Source: an uncultured Chloroflexia bacterium
GTDB lineage: Bacteria; Chloroflexota; Anaerolineae; B4-G1; SLSP01
Direction: 5' to 3'
Assembly: GCA_963751345.1 (NCBI GenBank)
Contig: CAVVUS010000011.1
Span: forward strand, 32,001-96,000
DNA: 64,000 bases
Below, in pieces: positions 22,459 to 33,853 of this stretch (positions are counted from its first letter, which is position 1; every line of letters begins with the position of its first letter). The notes under the pieces were generated by a model, which searched no databases, was not told the origin of the DNA, and was given only the letters and a program-made list of their open reading frames with translations. A program made the position numbers and the translations under genes.

Positions 22459-24582
22459 ACGTCAATGAACATACTTCCCACGCGTACGCTGTACGCGGTG
22501 GGAGGCTGAGTTCCCGATGGAAGGCATTCGGTGCGACGAAGGTCTCCTGCGTTCCTTCTTGATCGATGACGGTCACGCGAACCTGTTCGCCATCCATACC
22601 ATACCGGCGTCCATCGAAGTGGAACGGGGCGGAGACGGGCGAATCGCTGACGTTGACGAACATCAGGACGAGGCTGTTCTCTTTGGGCAGTCGCCATGCC
22701 CCCGTCATCACGGCGTCGGTTGTGACCCACCATTCACCTACCCACTGCCAGTCGGCCCGTACCGTTGGGATGTCGCCCTCAAGCCGCGGCGGGCGGCACA
22801 TCTCACCGGCGGTGAAGTAGCGCCGCAGACGCCAACGAAGCCTGACGACCTGTCGGAGGAATGCCGCGCTTTCCTCCTCGTTGACGATGCCGGGCTCAAT
22901 CCACCCGATCTGCTCGCCGAAGACGAACTGCTGTCCGGCCTTCATTCGCAGCGCCAAGCGCCTTTGTCTCTCCACCGCGGTACGCACGTCCGAACATCTG
23001 GATCGCCCCGCCGTAAACAGCCATGAAGGCAGGGACTTGACCGTCGTGTTGCCATGTCCACGTGAGGTAGCCATCGAGCCAGCGGGCATACGGTTCGGCG
23101 TTGCACTCGCTGGTCAGCATGCCTCCTTCGGGCATGGCGTCCCGGATCGACTGCAACATCTCCCAGTATCCCTCGACCCACCAGTGTCCTCCACCCAGCG
23201 GATGCCCGTGTGTCTTGTCGAAGCACAGTTTCGGTGACATGGCGGATATCTGGTCGATGTAGACACCGTCAACGTGGTATTCGTCGAACAAGCGCAGACA
23301 GATTGAGCGGATGCGGTTCTGCCACAGCTCGGTAGCGGGACACATCACCGCGAAACGCACCGGGCTGCCATCCGCCTCTTTGCTGCCGTACATCTCCACG
23401 TAAGGCTGCCCCTCCTCATCCTTCGTTGCCGCGGGCAAGGCGACACTGGTGAATTGGTAATCTTCGACGCCTCGGTCGTGCATATCCCACAGACGCCCGT
23501 TGATATAGGGCATCACGTAGATGCCGGCCTGCTGCAGGTCTCGAACCCCTTCGGAAAAGCCCTCCGTCACCGGAAAGTAGTGGGGATAGTCGTTATCAAA
23601 CGGGATTTGGTGCCAGCCGTACCAGTGGAAACCGACCGGCACATCCATATACTCCGCAAATTCCTTGACCTGGGATACCACCTGCGCCCGGTCACCCGAA
23701 GCCGTCGTCCAGACGGGTAACTCCCGCATCCACTGCGGCGTATCATCACGGCCCTCATCACCCAACTCGGGAAACCACCGTGCCTCTCGGCGTGTCCAGT
23801 GACGGTAGATCATCGCGGCATCAAACCAGTCACCTCGAAACAGTTGCCATATGGCCTCTCCGCTCAAGACAAAGCCATTTCCTCCGACACTCATATCCTC
23901 CGCGGGATGGTCAAAGGTAAAGATGACGGCTCGTTCTTCGGGACGGCTTGCCACCGAGATGTCCTTGGCACCGGCATTGGGGTCGTGCATCGCCACGTAA
24001 AGGCCGGTCTTGCTCTGTTCATCGTATGCCGCCATGAACTGCATGGTGGTCCAGGGTTCGGGGTAAAGTCCCTGATGGTGGAATTCCCTCTGCCAGAGCC
24101 CCTTCTGTACTTCGCCGGGCGCGCGCGGAAAGAACACCTTCGCGTCCGGGCCCAGCTCGGTGATAGCGATTTGGGGGAAGCCCACTCGCCAAACGCTCCA
24201 CTGTGAGTTCTGGTTTTCCACCTGCAGACTCCAGCGCAGTGCGTTTGCTTCGTTATCCGTGGTGACACGAGCAATGACGTGTAGACCCGCTACTTTCGCT
24301 TGGTGCCACGCCTAACTCGGCGCCATCAACGGTTGGCTCAATAGCCACCTGACCCCAACCTGAATCAGCGTCGAACTGGAGCTCCTCTTTCGTCTCACAG
24401 TGACGCAGTTTCAGCGTGAACAGAGGCAGCGTAGGGGCTGACAGGAACTCGCAGTCTGTGGTCGTGTCAAACAGACTCTGCAGCCTGATTCCGTCGAGCG
24501 TTCGCTCGAATACCACTCTCAACTCGCCGGCGGTCAGGATCGATTGTGTAGATAGCTCTGTTTTCTTGCATATCAGCTCCAT
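22457..24582 (-). CDS. DUF6259-like putative glycoside hydrolase (frameshifts near 24310 and 22960)
   Basis: HWYGWHQIPFDNDYPHYFP, MPYINGRLWD, VDGVYIDQI and HGHPLGGGHWW. Confidence 0.75.
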
Positions 24583-24595
24583 ACTGGGCGACGAG

Positions 24596-26744
24596 TTACG
24601 GTCGCTCATCGAGGGCGGGGCGTCCTCGGGGCGGCTGCCCCAGGCCTTGTTCGGGCGCGGGCCCATGACGAGCGTGAGCTCGCCGCCGTCCTTGATCGCG
24701 TCGTGGGGGAACCACGGCCGCGGGTGGGGGACGCCGTTGAGTTCGGCTCGCTGGATGTACTTGTTCTGCGGGCTGCTGCCCTCGGCCGTGATCGTGACGA
24801 CCGGGCCGTCGGGCGGGTGGAGCTCGATGTGCTCGAAGACCGGGCTGCCCAGCGCGTAGTAAGGCTCGCCGGGGCAGGTGGGCAAGAAGCCGATCGAGTT
24901 GAAGATGTGCCAGGCGCTCATCGCGCCGCCGTCCTCGTCGCCGCAGAGGCCCAGCGGGGTATCGTCGAACCAGATATCCATCATCTGGCGGATGCGCCGC
25001 TGGGTCTTCCAGGGCGCCCCGGCCCAGTTGTAGAGATAGGGGATGTGGAAGCTGGGCTCGTTGCCGGTGACGAACTGGCCCATCAGGCCGGTGGAGTCGG
25101 GGAACTGGCCCAGGAAGTGCCACTTGGCGTTGTCGCACGGCTCGATGAAGAGCCGGTCGAGGCGCTCGACGAACCGCTCGCGCCCGCCCATCAGGTCGAT
25201 CAGCCCGGCCACGTCGTGCTGCACGCTCCAGGTGTAGGTCCAGGCGTTGCACTCGGCGTAGTAGGCGCGGCCGCCCTGGCCGCCGGAGAGCTTGGGATCG
25301 AACGGCGCGATCCAGGCACCGTCGGCGCCCCGCGGGGACATGAACCCGTTGGCCGGGTTGTAGAGGGTGCGGTAGTTGCGCGCCCGCGCGAGGAAGGCGG
25401 CGGCGTCCTCCTCTTTGCCCAGCTCGCGCGCCATCAGGGCGAGGGCGTACGCGTCATAGGCGCACTCGAGGCTCACGGCGACCGCCTGCCGCCGCTCGAA
25501 GGGGTGGACCTCCGGGATGGTCTCCTCCTCGTCGGGTCCCAGCGCCGGGAGATACCCCTTCTCCTCGAAGAAACGGTCGAGCGCGGTCCGCGGCCCGTTG
25601 CGCCACGGGAGGTTGGTCGCCTCGGCCACGCGCTTGCGCATGGCGGCGTAGGCGGCCTCGACGTCGAAATCGGTCTATGCCTTTGCGGTAGGCGTCGACG
25701 ATCATAGCGACGGTGTGGTGACCGAGCATGCAGGGGACGTCGCCGCCGACCTGGGGGAAGCGGGGCAGCCAGCCGGACTGCTCGGCCATCCGCACGTAGG
25801 AGCGGATCATGTCGAGCTCGCGCTGGGGATCGATCAGCAGCCGCAGAGGGTGGGCGCTGCGGAACGTGTCCCAGATCTGATCGCTCACGTAGAAATCGGG
25901 CTCTCCGGCGTGCACCCGGCCGTCGTAGCCGCTGAAGTAGCGGCCCTCCTCGGTGATGGCCTGCATCCGGCCCATATAACGGTAGAGCGCGGTGTAGAAG
26001 ACGCGGCGCTGCGTCTCGCTCCCGCCCTCGACCCGGATCTGGCCGAGCGCGGCCTCCCACTCCTGCCGGGCCTCCTCCACCAGTTCGGCGAAGGGGCGGT
26101 CGGCCCAGCTCCTGCTCCCGGTTACGCCGGGCCTGGGCCGCGTCGATGAGCGAGACGCCGATGCGGACCTCAAGAGGCGCCGCGCCCGCAAAGCGGAGCC
26201 GGAGCCCAGATGGGAGGTCATCACGGCCTGCTACGGGGCGGTCGAAGCGGAGGCTGAAAAAGCCGGTGACGCCGCCTCCGAGGTCCTGGTGGCCCTCAAT
26301 AGCTGTCCCGTCGGCGTGCTCGATGCTCGCTTCCCTCGGTGCCAGCAACAGGCAGGGATTCTCGCCCTGCGGGAAGGTGAAGCGGTAGACGACGCCGTGG
26401 CGCGTCACTGTGAGCTCTGCTTCGACATCGTAGCGCTCCAGCAGCACGTGGTAATAGTGGGGCGCCGTCGTCTCAAAGTCGTGGTCGAAGAAGGAGGCGC
26501 AGTCCTCAATGGTCGGGGCCGGTGAGCCGGTCACCGGCATGAGCAGCGGGCTGCCGAAGTTGCGATGGAGGTGCACCGGCACCGGGAAGCCATAGACGTG
26601 GTCCGCCAGGTAGCGGTCGCCGACCGCCGGGTCGAACTGGGGATGGACGCCCACCATGCCGTTGGGACGATAGACGGTGGGGTAGGTCGCTTTCAGGAGG
26701 TGGCCAATGCCGCCGATATCGGGATCAACGTACGTCAAGCTCAT
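24596..26744 (-). CDS. GH92 alpha-1,2-mannosidase (frameshifts near 26110 and 25670)
   Basis: YVDPDIG, FYTALY, WDTFRSAHPL, YAECNAWTY, GNEPSFH and GDEDGGAMSAW. Confidence 0.92.
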
Positions 26745-26780
26745 ATCATACCTTCTTTCTGATTGTGAGGAGCCTTCCCC

Positions 26781-27733
26781 TCAGTGGCGGTCGTGGCTGT
26801 CAAGCACCGCCGCCACGTGATCGAAGGCGTCCCTGGCCTCCGGGAGGAACGGGACGCTAACAAAGACGTGGAAGGCGCCGGGATACTCATGGAGATGAAT
26901 CGTGCCGCCGGCCGCGGAGACCTTCTCCTTCAGCTTCCGCGCATCGGGGATCAGGAGGTCAGCGGTTCCGTGAACCACGTCAATGGGGGGCAGCCCGGAA
27001 AGGTCACCGAAGATCGGGCTCAGCAGGGGCGAGCGTGGATCGTCCCCGCCTGCCCACCATCGACCACACTGCACCAGTGCGGGAATGCCGAGCAATGCGT
27101 CGTGTGGCTCTATGGCGACCGCATCGGGGTTCGACATCGTGATGTCCAGCCACGGCGAGAAGAGGACCAGACGGTCCGGCGGCCGAAGACCCAGATCGCG
27201 GTAGTGGTGGGCTTGCGCCAGGGCCAGACCGCCACCCGCCGAATCGCCGCACAGCACGATGGCTTCATCTGCGTGGTCGCGAAGCACGTTCCGGTATACC
27301 GTCTCCAGCTCCGGAAAGGCCGCCCGGTAGGTGTGTTCGGGCGCAAGCGGATAGATCGGCACGGTCACGCTCGCGCCGACTGCGCCCGATGAGCTCACCG
27401 ATGATGCCCCAATGTATGGGCTGCAGCGGGCAGAACATAGGCGCCACCGTGTGTGTAGATGATGTGGATCGGCTTGCGGTCGTGACGCGGCGCGAGCGTG
27501 TACACGGTCTGCCCGTGAACGTGCCGCGTCTGCACGCGGTACCGCCGGCTGAAGGATCTGGGCACCGGGGCGGGCGAGGGATAGGCGCGATGCTCGATCT
27601 TGCGGCGCCAGCGGGGAAACCTGCTCGTCGTGAGACCGCTTCCCAGGATTCGGAGCATGGACGTCGCAAGCCGCATTGGGGGACTGGGCCCATCTGCCAT
27701 CACACGAGTCTTCACGCGCTCACTATCCGTCAT
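26781..27733 (-). CDS. Alpha/beta hydrolase, HSL-type esterase (frameshifts near 27390-27430)
   Basis: HGGAY, GDSAGG, HGTAD and GAFHVF. Confidence 0.88.
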
Positions 27734-28102
27734 GGGTCGAGGTGCTCGTGAAGCGTCGCCATCTACCCGTTCCTCACTCCTGGCGCTAAGCGTCCTAGAA
27801 CGGCATCTTCAGAATCCGGTCGGCCCGATAGTTCCGGCATCAGGCTCGAGAAAACCGGCGCCCCGTCACCAAGTGCGCGACCGCGTAGCGCCGTCACGGG
27901 CGTTTGGCGAGGAGGGCTCTCGAGGATCACGCTCCGCCACCTATCGCGTGGGCCTATTTCGAAGTGTATTCACGTTCTGTGTAGTCCTCAGCTCCGCCGG
28001 CGTCTGGATGCCGCCACATCAGAACGGCCTTGGTCGTTGGGCGTGGGGTTGTCAGCAGCCATGATAGTTCCAATGTTGCTGAGTTCTCCAGGGCCCTTTA
28101 CA

Positions 28103-29045
28103 TCAGGTAGAGCAATCTTGTGTTAGCTGGCGCGCGCGCCTCTCCTCCGCCACCAGGCCTATCAGCACGTCGAAGGCATACAGCGTCTTGATGCGATGCG
28201 TGAGGTGTGCGCGTTCGCGACGGATCTCCTGTTGGGCGCCCAGAATTCCGGCGTGCGGGGGTCGTGGGTCGTAGGCGTTTCGGCCCCGAATTCGTCTGAG
28301 ACGTCCGGTAGCGTGCGGAACAGCCGCAGATGACGGTGGTGGGCGGGCAGTCCTTTCATCGCCAGGTCGCGGTATCCGTAGGCGGCCAGTTCGACCAGGG
28401 CCGCCGCGTGGTTGATGACGTGCCACATACCACCAAAGCCGTCCCGCCGCTCGCCCGCAGTCCGGATGAGTTCCTCCACCACGACCTCGGCCATCGCCGG
28501 CAAATCCGCATAGGGCGGGAAGGCGCTATCCTTCGATAGCGAGACCGCGCGACCATCGATGCGACCACGTTCTTTGCCGTAGTACCCGCTCCCAGGCCCG
28601 GTCCCGTCGAAATCGGTGATGAGTTGGCAGATACCATTGACCACCGCCGGTGTGGCGAGGTGGGGATGATCTTGAGCGCACGGATCGCGATGGCGGCGAA
28701 GATGACGTTGTGTCCCGACTCGTGGGGTTCGTCGATGTTGCCCGCCAGGGCTTCAGCGATGTTGGCAACGAGCTCTGGCTCTGGCGCTTCTTCCGCATGC
28801 GGCTCGAAAAGCTCGTCGACCGTGATCGGTGAACTCTCCCGAGGACTGAAGACCGATTCCCCGCGGATGATGCGATCCAGTTCCCCCTCGATCCCGGCGT
28901 AGACCCTATCGTCGAGCTGTGGATGCTGTTCGGAGATGAAATAGCCGGCGACAACGGCTGCGCCGAGGTGGCCGGCCATTGTGTTGACGCGATGGGCGCG
29001 ACTCATCGCGTCCAGGCCTTTGACGAGATAGTCAGATCGAACCAT
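28103..29045 (-). CDS. Conserved hypothetical His-rich helical protein (frameshifts near 28665 and 28225)
   Basis: Three overlapping ORFs form one protein; MAGHLGAA, HESGHNVIFA, WHVINHAAAL and LTHRIK. Confidence 0.7.
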
Positions 29046-29063
29046 CGTGTGCCTGTGCCCCTT

Positions 29064-30003
29064 TCACCCTTTGGCTGAATACCAGTCCAATACTCTTAGC
29101 GCGTGGAGCGTGTTCCAGCGGCTCGGCTTGCCCTCCCCGCCTTCCATATCGAGCTGGATTGGATCGGGGTGGTAGCCGTGGAGCGGCCATCGCCCATCCT
29201 GAGCCCGTCTGCTGATCACGATACCGACGGCCTCGGCAACGCGTTCGTCCGGCTTGACGCCCGCGGCGCGCAGGTAGTCCAGGCCCCTGAGCACATCGTA
29301 ATGCCACGTGGGCGGGAATGCGAACTGCGTCCAGTCGTGATTCCCCTTTCGGTCGTGGATCACCTCGCCGGTGGACAGCCTGCGGAGCATGCGACGCTCC
29401 AGCATATACTCCTGTCCCCGGACCCGCGCGTCGGTTACTGCGGCCGTGGCGCCCCTCGCCTTCTCGACCTCCAGGAGCCCCTCGAGGACGCAGATCGTGG
29501 TGTGGAACGAGGAGCGGACAGAGCCTCGCTCCGCTTCACAGTTCCAACCGCCGTCGGCAAGCTGCTCGCCGAGGAGGCGGTCGAGCAGGCGATCGCTGAT
29601 CTCGCCGAAGTAGGCGCCGAGCCCCAGGACCCGGCCGTTGATGCAGGGCTCAACCTCGCCCTCGAAGAACGGCGAATCATCGAAGTACGGGCCCCAGGTC
29701 ACCCGGTCGCGGACGAGGTCCACGGCCCTGCGGGCCGGTTCGCTCGCCGGGTCGAGTCCCAGGTCCCATAGCAGCACGAAGGTGGACAGGGTGGATTGCC
29801 ATAGCGGCGTGTCGACATCGTCACCCCAGGTGCCGTCCGGACTCTGCCGGGCGAGGAGCCGGGCACCCCAGCCCTCCGTGGCTACACGCGACCGCTCTGC
29901 GGCCACGACCTCGTCGGGCTCGCCGGTGAGGTCGCGCATCACCTGCCAGCGGATCGCGGGGTCCGAATCAAGTAGCCACTCGATGACTGACTTCTCTGGC
30001 ATG
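29064..30003 (-). CDS. Hypothetical protein of squalene-cyclase/prenyltransferase-like fold
   Basis: WLLDSDPAIRWQV; QW-like repeats QSPDGTW, QLADGGWNCE and AQDGRW; AAAGGAG RBS. Confidence 0.8.
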
Positions 30004-30258
30004 GAGACTCTCCTTTCGCCCTCTCGGATCGTCACGTGCGATCCCGCTGGCTTGCTTCTGTCTCTGTCCGGTCTCTCCCGACGGGTTGAGGCCGACATGA
30101 GCCGTTCCAGATCCTCCAACAGCCTGGGCTTTGTGTATCCAGATTACGTAGGCGTCCACCATTGTCAAGACTAGTCTGGCACACGGAAGCGCGGTTCGGT
30201 TCCACGGCACAGCTCACCTCGCAGACCGGGTGAATCATGGTATTAACACGATGTTCGT

Positions 30259-30287
30259 TTGACAAATTGCTCGTTCTAGCGTATACT
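30259..30287 (+). promoter_or_regulatory. Near-consensus sigma70 promoter
   Basis: TTGACA-N17-TATACT. Confidence 0.8.
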
Positions 30288-30292
30288 AACTT

Positions 30293-30423
30293 ATATCCAG
30301 ACGTACTCCAGTGTACTCTCGTTGCCGAGTTGATAGGCACTACCGTCAGGAACGGGCGCAAATCTGTTGGATGAATGCGCTGCTGAACCCGCTCTGGATA
30401 TGCATCCTTCTGAGGGATGCATA
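30293..30423 (+). ncRNA. Candidate structured RNA (riboswitch-like leader or sRNA)
   Basis: ATATCCAGA at the predicted +1 pairs with TCTGGATAT at 30393-30401, enclosing several short hairpins; overlapping hairpin TATGCATCCTTC/GAGGGATGCATA follows. Confidence 0.45.
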
Positions 30424-30481
30424 CTGAGAGGCTCGGTACGAGCGTAATCTCGAACGGAAATGCAGAATCAGGAGGAGTACG

Positions 30482-30637
30482 ATGGACCACGCACAGACAC
30501 AACCGGTCGCGGTGGCCCGAGGGCCCTTTGGCACCAGAGAAACCTGGGTTCTCGTCACAGACGCCTATGAGGCCGACCTATTGGAGTGGGCCGGGGGACC
30601 CCCGGATGAAGCTCTGCCACTCGCATGCATTGCGTAG
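30482..30637 (+). CDS. Small ORF or gene stub (51 aa, MDHAQTQPVAVARG...)
   Basis: Strong AGGAGGAG RBS; no recognisable domain. Confidence 0.4.
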   Translation: MDHAQTQPVAVARGPFGTRETWVLVTDAYEADLLEWAGGPPDEALPLACIA

Positions 30638-30737
30638 TCTCACTTAGCGCCCGCCGCACTCTAGGTCACGGCAAGCAGTCCGGAGTAGCTGCTGAGAATG
30701 TCGCGCGCTTTGCTTCACCAGAGAAGGACATGATGTT

Positions 30738-32027
30738 ATGGCAATGCTAGATACAGTCGTCGTAGGAGCCGGTCAAGCCGGACTGGGCGTCAGCTATTTC
30801 CTTCAACAGAATGGCCGCAGCCATAGAGTCTTTGAGCAAGGGCGGCTTGGTGAGTCGTGGCTATCTCAGCGTTGGGATTCATTTACACTCAACACGCCCA
30901 ATGCCATCAATTCCCTACCGGGCTTGCCGTATGACGGTCCAGAACCTGATGGCTTCTGGCGGCCCGACGAACTGGCCCACTATTTCCAAAGGTATGTAGA
31001 TCACTTCCGGCTGCCGGTTCGGAAGGGTGTTGCCGTTGTCTCTATCGAGCAATCCGAAGATGAAGGGCATTTCATCGTCGCCATAGAGAGCAGCGGAAAG
31101 AGGGAGGATCCTGTCACAAGTCGGTCAGTCGTCATCGCTTCAGGCGGCCAACAGACGCCGAAAATCCCCGCAGTGCACTCCCGACTACCTGGTGACATTC
31201 TCCAACTACATACAGCCGACTTCCACAACGCGGCGGCATTGCCGTCGGGTGCGGTTGTTGTTGTCGGCAGCGCGCAATCGGGTTGCCAGATTGCCGAGGA
31301 TCTGCTGTCGGCCGGCCGGACTGTCTATCTATGCACGAGCAAGGTTGGGCGGATTCCACGCCGCTATCGAGGACGAGACATATTTGAGTGGTTGCTTGAC
31401 ACGAAGTTTTTCGACGTCACATTTGCAGGTCTGGAGGACAAGGCTCTTAGCCGCGTCCCTCAGCCGCAGCTCTCTGGTGTCGGGCGCCTTGGGCACACCG
31501 TCAGTCTGCAATACCTGGCACGCCGAGGCGCTGTGATTCTAGGCCGCTTGCTGGATGTCGAAGGGACCCACGTCACGCTGAATGATGATGCTGCGGCGCA
31601 TGTCCATTTTGCCGATGCTTTCTCGCAAATGGTTAAGGACAATATCGACGCCTATCTGTTGCGGTCAGGCATTACCCCTCCACCACTCGAGGAGGATCCG
31701 GCAGATCTTCCGGATCCTAAGGCCGAGTGCGTGTCGCCTTTGCGGCGACTGGATCTGCGTGAGTCAAAGGTCAGTACTGTCATCTGGGCCACAGGATTCA
31801 CGTCAGATTTCAGTTGGATACACTTGCCGGTTCTCGACCCTGAGGGTGGGCCGATTCATCAGCGAGGAATCTCGCCGGTACATGGTCTGTACTTCATCGG
31901 ACTCCCTTGGCTCAGTAGTCGCAAATCGGGCATCATTTATGGCATCGATGAGGATGCTCACTACATCACTGATGTGATCTCGGAACAACTCCTGGGTGAC
32001 CGCAGAGAAACCGGTGGTCACACGTGA
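30738..32027 (+). CDS. Flavin-containing monooxygenase-like oxidoreductase (CzcO-like)
   Basis: VVGAGQAG, QLHTADF, VVGSAQSG, IWATGF and GLYFIG. Confidence 0.88.
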   Translation: MAMLDTVVVGAGQAGLGVSYFLQQNGRSHRVFEQGRLGESWLSQRWDSFTLNTPNAINSLPGLPYDGPEPDGFWRPDELAHYFQRYVDHFRLPVRKGVAVVSIEQSEDEGHFIVAIESSGKREDPVTSRSVVIASGGQQTPKIPAVHSRLPGDILQLHTADFHNAAALPSGAVVVVGSAQSGCQIAEDLLSAGRTVYLCTSKVGRIPRRYRGRDIFEWLLDTKFFDVTFAGLEDKALSRVPQPQLSGVGRLGHTVSLQYLARRGAVILGRLLDVEGTHVTLNDDAAAHVHFADAFSQMVKDNIDAYLLRSGITPPPLEEDPADLPDPKAECVSPLRRLDLRESKVSTVIWATGFTSDFSWIHLPVLDPEGGPIHQRGISPVHGLYFIGLPWLSSRKSGIIYGIDEDAHYITDVISEQLLGDRRETGGHT

Positions 32028-32510
32028 TCAGGGAGGTTGAGTTTCCGTCCGAGGGACGACGCTTGGAGGACTGCTGTTCCTGCCGGAGTCGCAGACCAAG
32101 AGATTGAGGGCAAACACCGATGCCCTCAAAGAGGTACTCTTGCGGGGTGATGTCCGCGGGTCACCCGAGATGACAGTGGGTCCGATGGCCGTTGTCCCCT
32201 TCGACCAGGCCGGTACACCGTCGCTGCTGAAGCCCCTTCAGGCGTTCCGATGGTTCATTGACTACGGAGCGCGCGCAGGGACTCAGTGGGACAACCGTGT
32301 CACGCGGGTGCTGCCGGCAACGCCGGTCCCGTACAGCCCGGCACTGTGCGCGCTCTTCATCAAAGTGCCCACGCTACTGATGGCTGCGCCGGACGACGAG
32401 ATGGTGCACGCCAACTATGCGGTCACCAGGCAGACCTACGAACTCATTCCCGGGCCCAAGCAGTGGTACGACATTGCCGGACGGCACTTCGGCCTGCTCT
32501 ATCATCCATG
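32024..32510 (+). pseudogene. Alpha/beta hydrolase with internal deletion and 3' truncation
   Basis: MIREVEFPSEG..LGGLLFLPESQTK joined at ~32100 to C-terminal part (VPTLLMAAPDDEM...HFGLLYHP); nucleophile region missing. Confidence 0.7.
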
Positions 32511-32740
32511 TGAACCGTAAACCAGGAGACGTCCTTTGATCGGAGTCCCGTGAGAAACCACTGCAGTCCAGCGTGCCTGCCCAGAAGCGGGCGCGCTCAA
32601 TATGCTCTTCGATCGCCGGGCAGTGGGTCGCCAATCGCCGAAGGAACGTCTCCCCATAGACGTCGATCAGACAGGCGGAGTCCGTCGCGGGATCTCCCCA
32701 GCCTGCCATGCCGAAGTCGATGACCCCACTAATACGGCAC
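32505..32740 (-). pseudogene. Aminoglycoside phosphotransferase family C-terminal fragment
   Basis: ISGVIDFGMAGWGDPATD...ARFWAGTL. Confidence 0.75.
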
Positions 32741-32915
32741 GGTAGCACCCGTAGTCAAGACGGCTCTTCCCGGCGCGTCAACCTACGAGCCCGGATTTGC
32801 CGCAAGGCAGTGGGTCAATGTAAACTGTGTGGGAGCACCCACTGTGGTGGTCCCTTAAATGACATTGCATACCGGTGCCGGCAGATAATCGTACGAGGAG
32901 AGATGAGGGGATGCG

Positions 32916-33829
32916 ATGAAGACGAGAGACACGGTCTATACCAACACGGATGGGGCGTATAGGGAAATCTGCGATTTCCTCAACGCGCTAGCGACCAAGG
33001 ACCCATGCATGCTTTGGGAATCCGGGCGGATGAACTTCTGGCGGTACAACGTCCACGCCGACAAGGATCCTGATGGCCCTTTCTTCAGGGAGAACGTGCA
33101 CGTCTGGCGGGCAAAGGATGACGCGATGGTCGCCCTGTTCATCTCGGAGTACGGCAAAGATGACTTCTTCATAGAAGTGATGCCAGAGTACCGTGAGGTC
33201 TATCCTGCCATCTTCCGCTGGATCGATGACCACTGGGCGACCACGCGGGCGAACGTTGAGATCGATGTTTACAGCGACGACGAGGAGAAGATCCGAAGGC
33301 TGGAGTCGCAGGGATTCCGGTTCAAGTGCCACTTCGAGAACAAGCGGACTTACGACCTGGACGCCATGGGATCTGGACTACACCCTCGAGGATGGATTCA
33401 CGGTGCAGGCGTTCTCTGAGTCGCTCAACACCGCTAGCCGGGTGGCCCTGGTGCAGAGCGCCTTCGACAACCCGGGGTATAAAGAGGGCCGCCTCAGGGG
33501 CCTGATGTCATCGCCCGACTACATCGACGAGTACAACCTGGTGGTCGTCTCGCCGGAGGGCGAACACGTGGCGTATTGTGTGGGCTGGCACGAAACCGCC
33601 AGAGAGCACGCCGCATACATCGAGCCGGTGGGCACACATGCCGGCGTATCGAAGGCGGGGATTCGCCTCGGCCGTGATCAAGGAATGCTTCCGACGGATG
33701 AAGGCCAATGGCATCCGAACGGTCGAGATCGCATCACGCGCGGAGCCGGACGTCTCGAACTATCTCTACGATTCACTGCATCCGCGGACCAAGCGAGAGG
33801 TCTACAAGTACGCCAAGGCGATGGCGTGA
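32916..33829 (+). CDS. GNAT N-acetyltransferase (frameshifts near 33368 and 33643)
   Basis: YIEPVGTH and YRRRGFASAVI acetyl-CoA motif. Confidence 0.88.
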
Positions 33830-33853
33830 TGTTTAGCTACCTCAGCAATGCTG

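Noticed and set aside
24253-25641. GH92-DUF6259 fusion protein (ORF 24253..25641)
   Set aside because: A TAA lies one base out of frame at 24596-24598, right after SMSD; a single indel error explains the read-through
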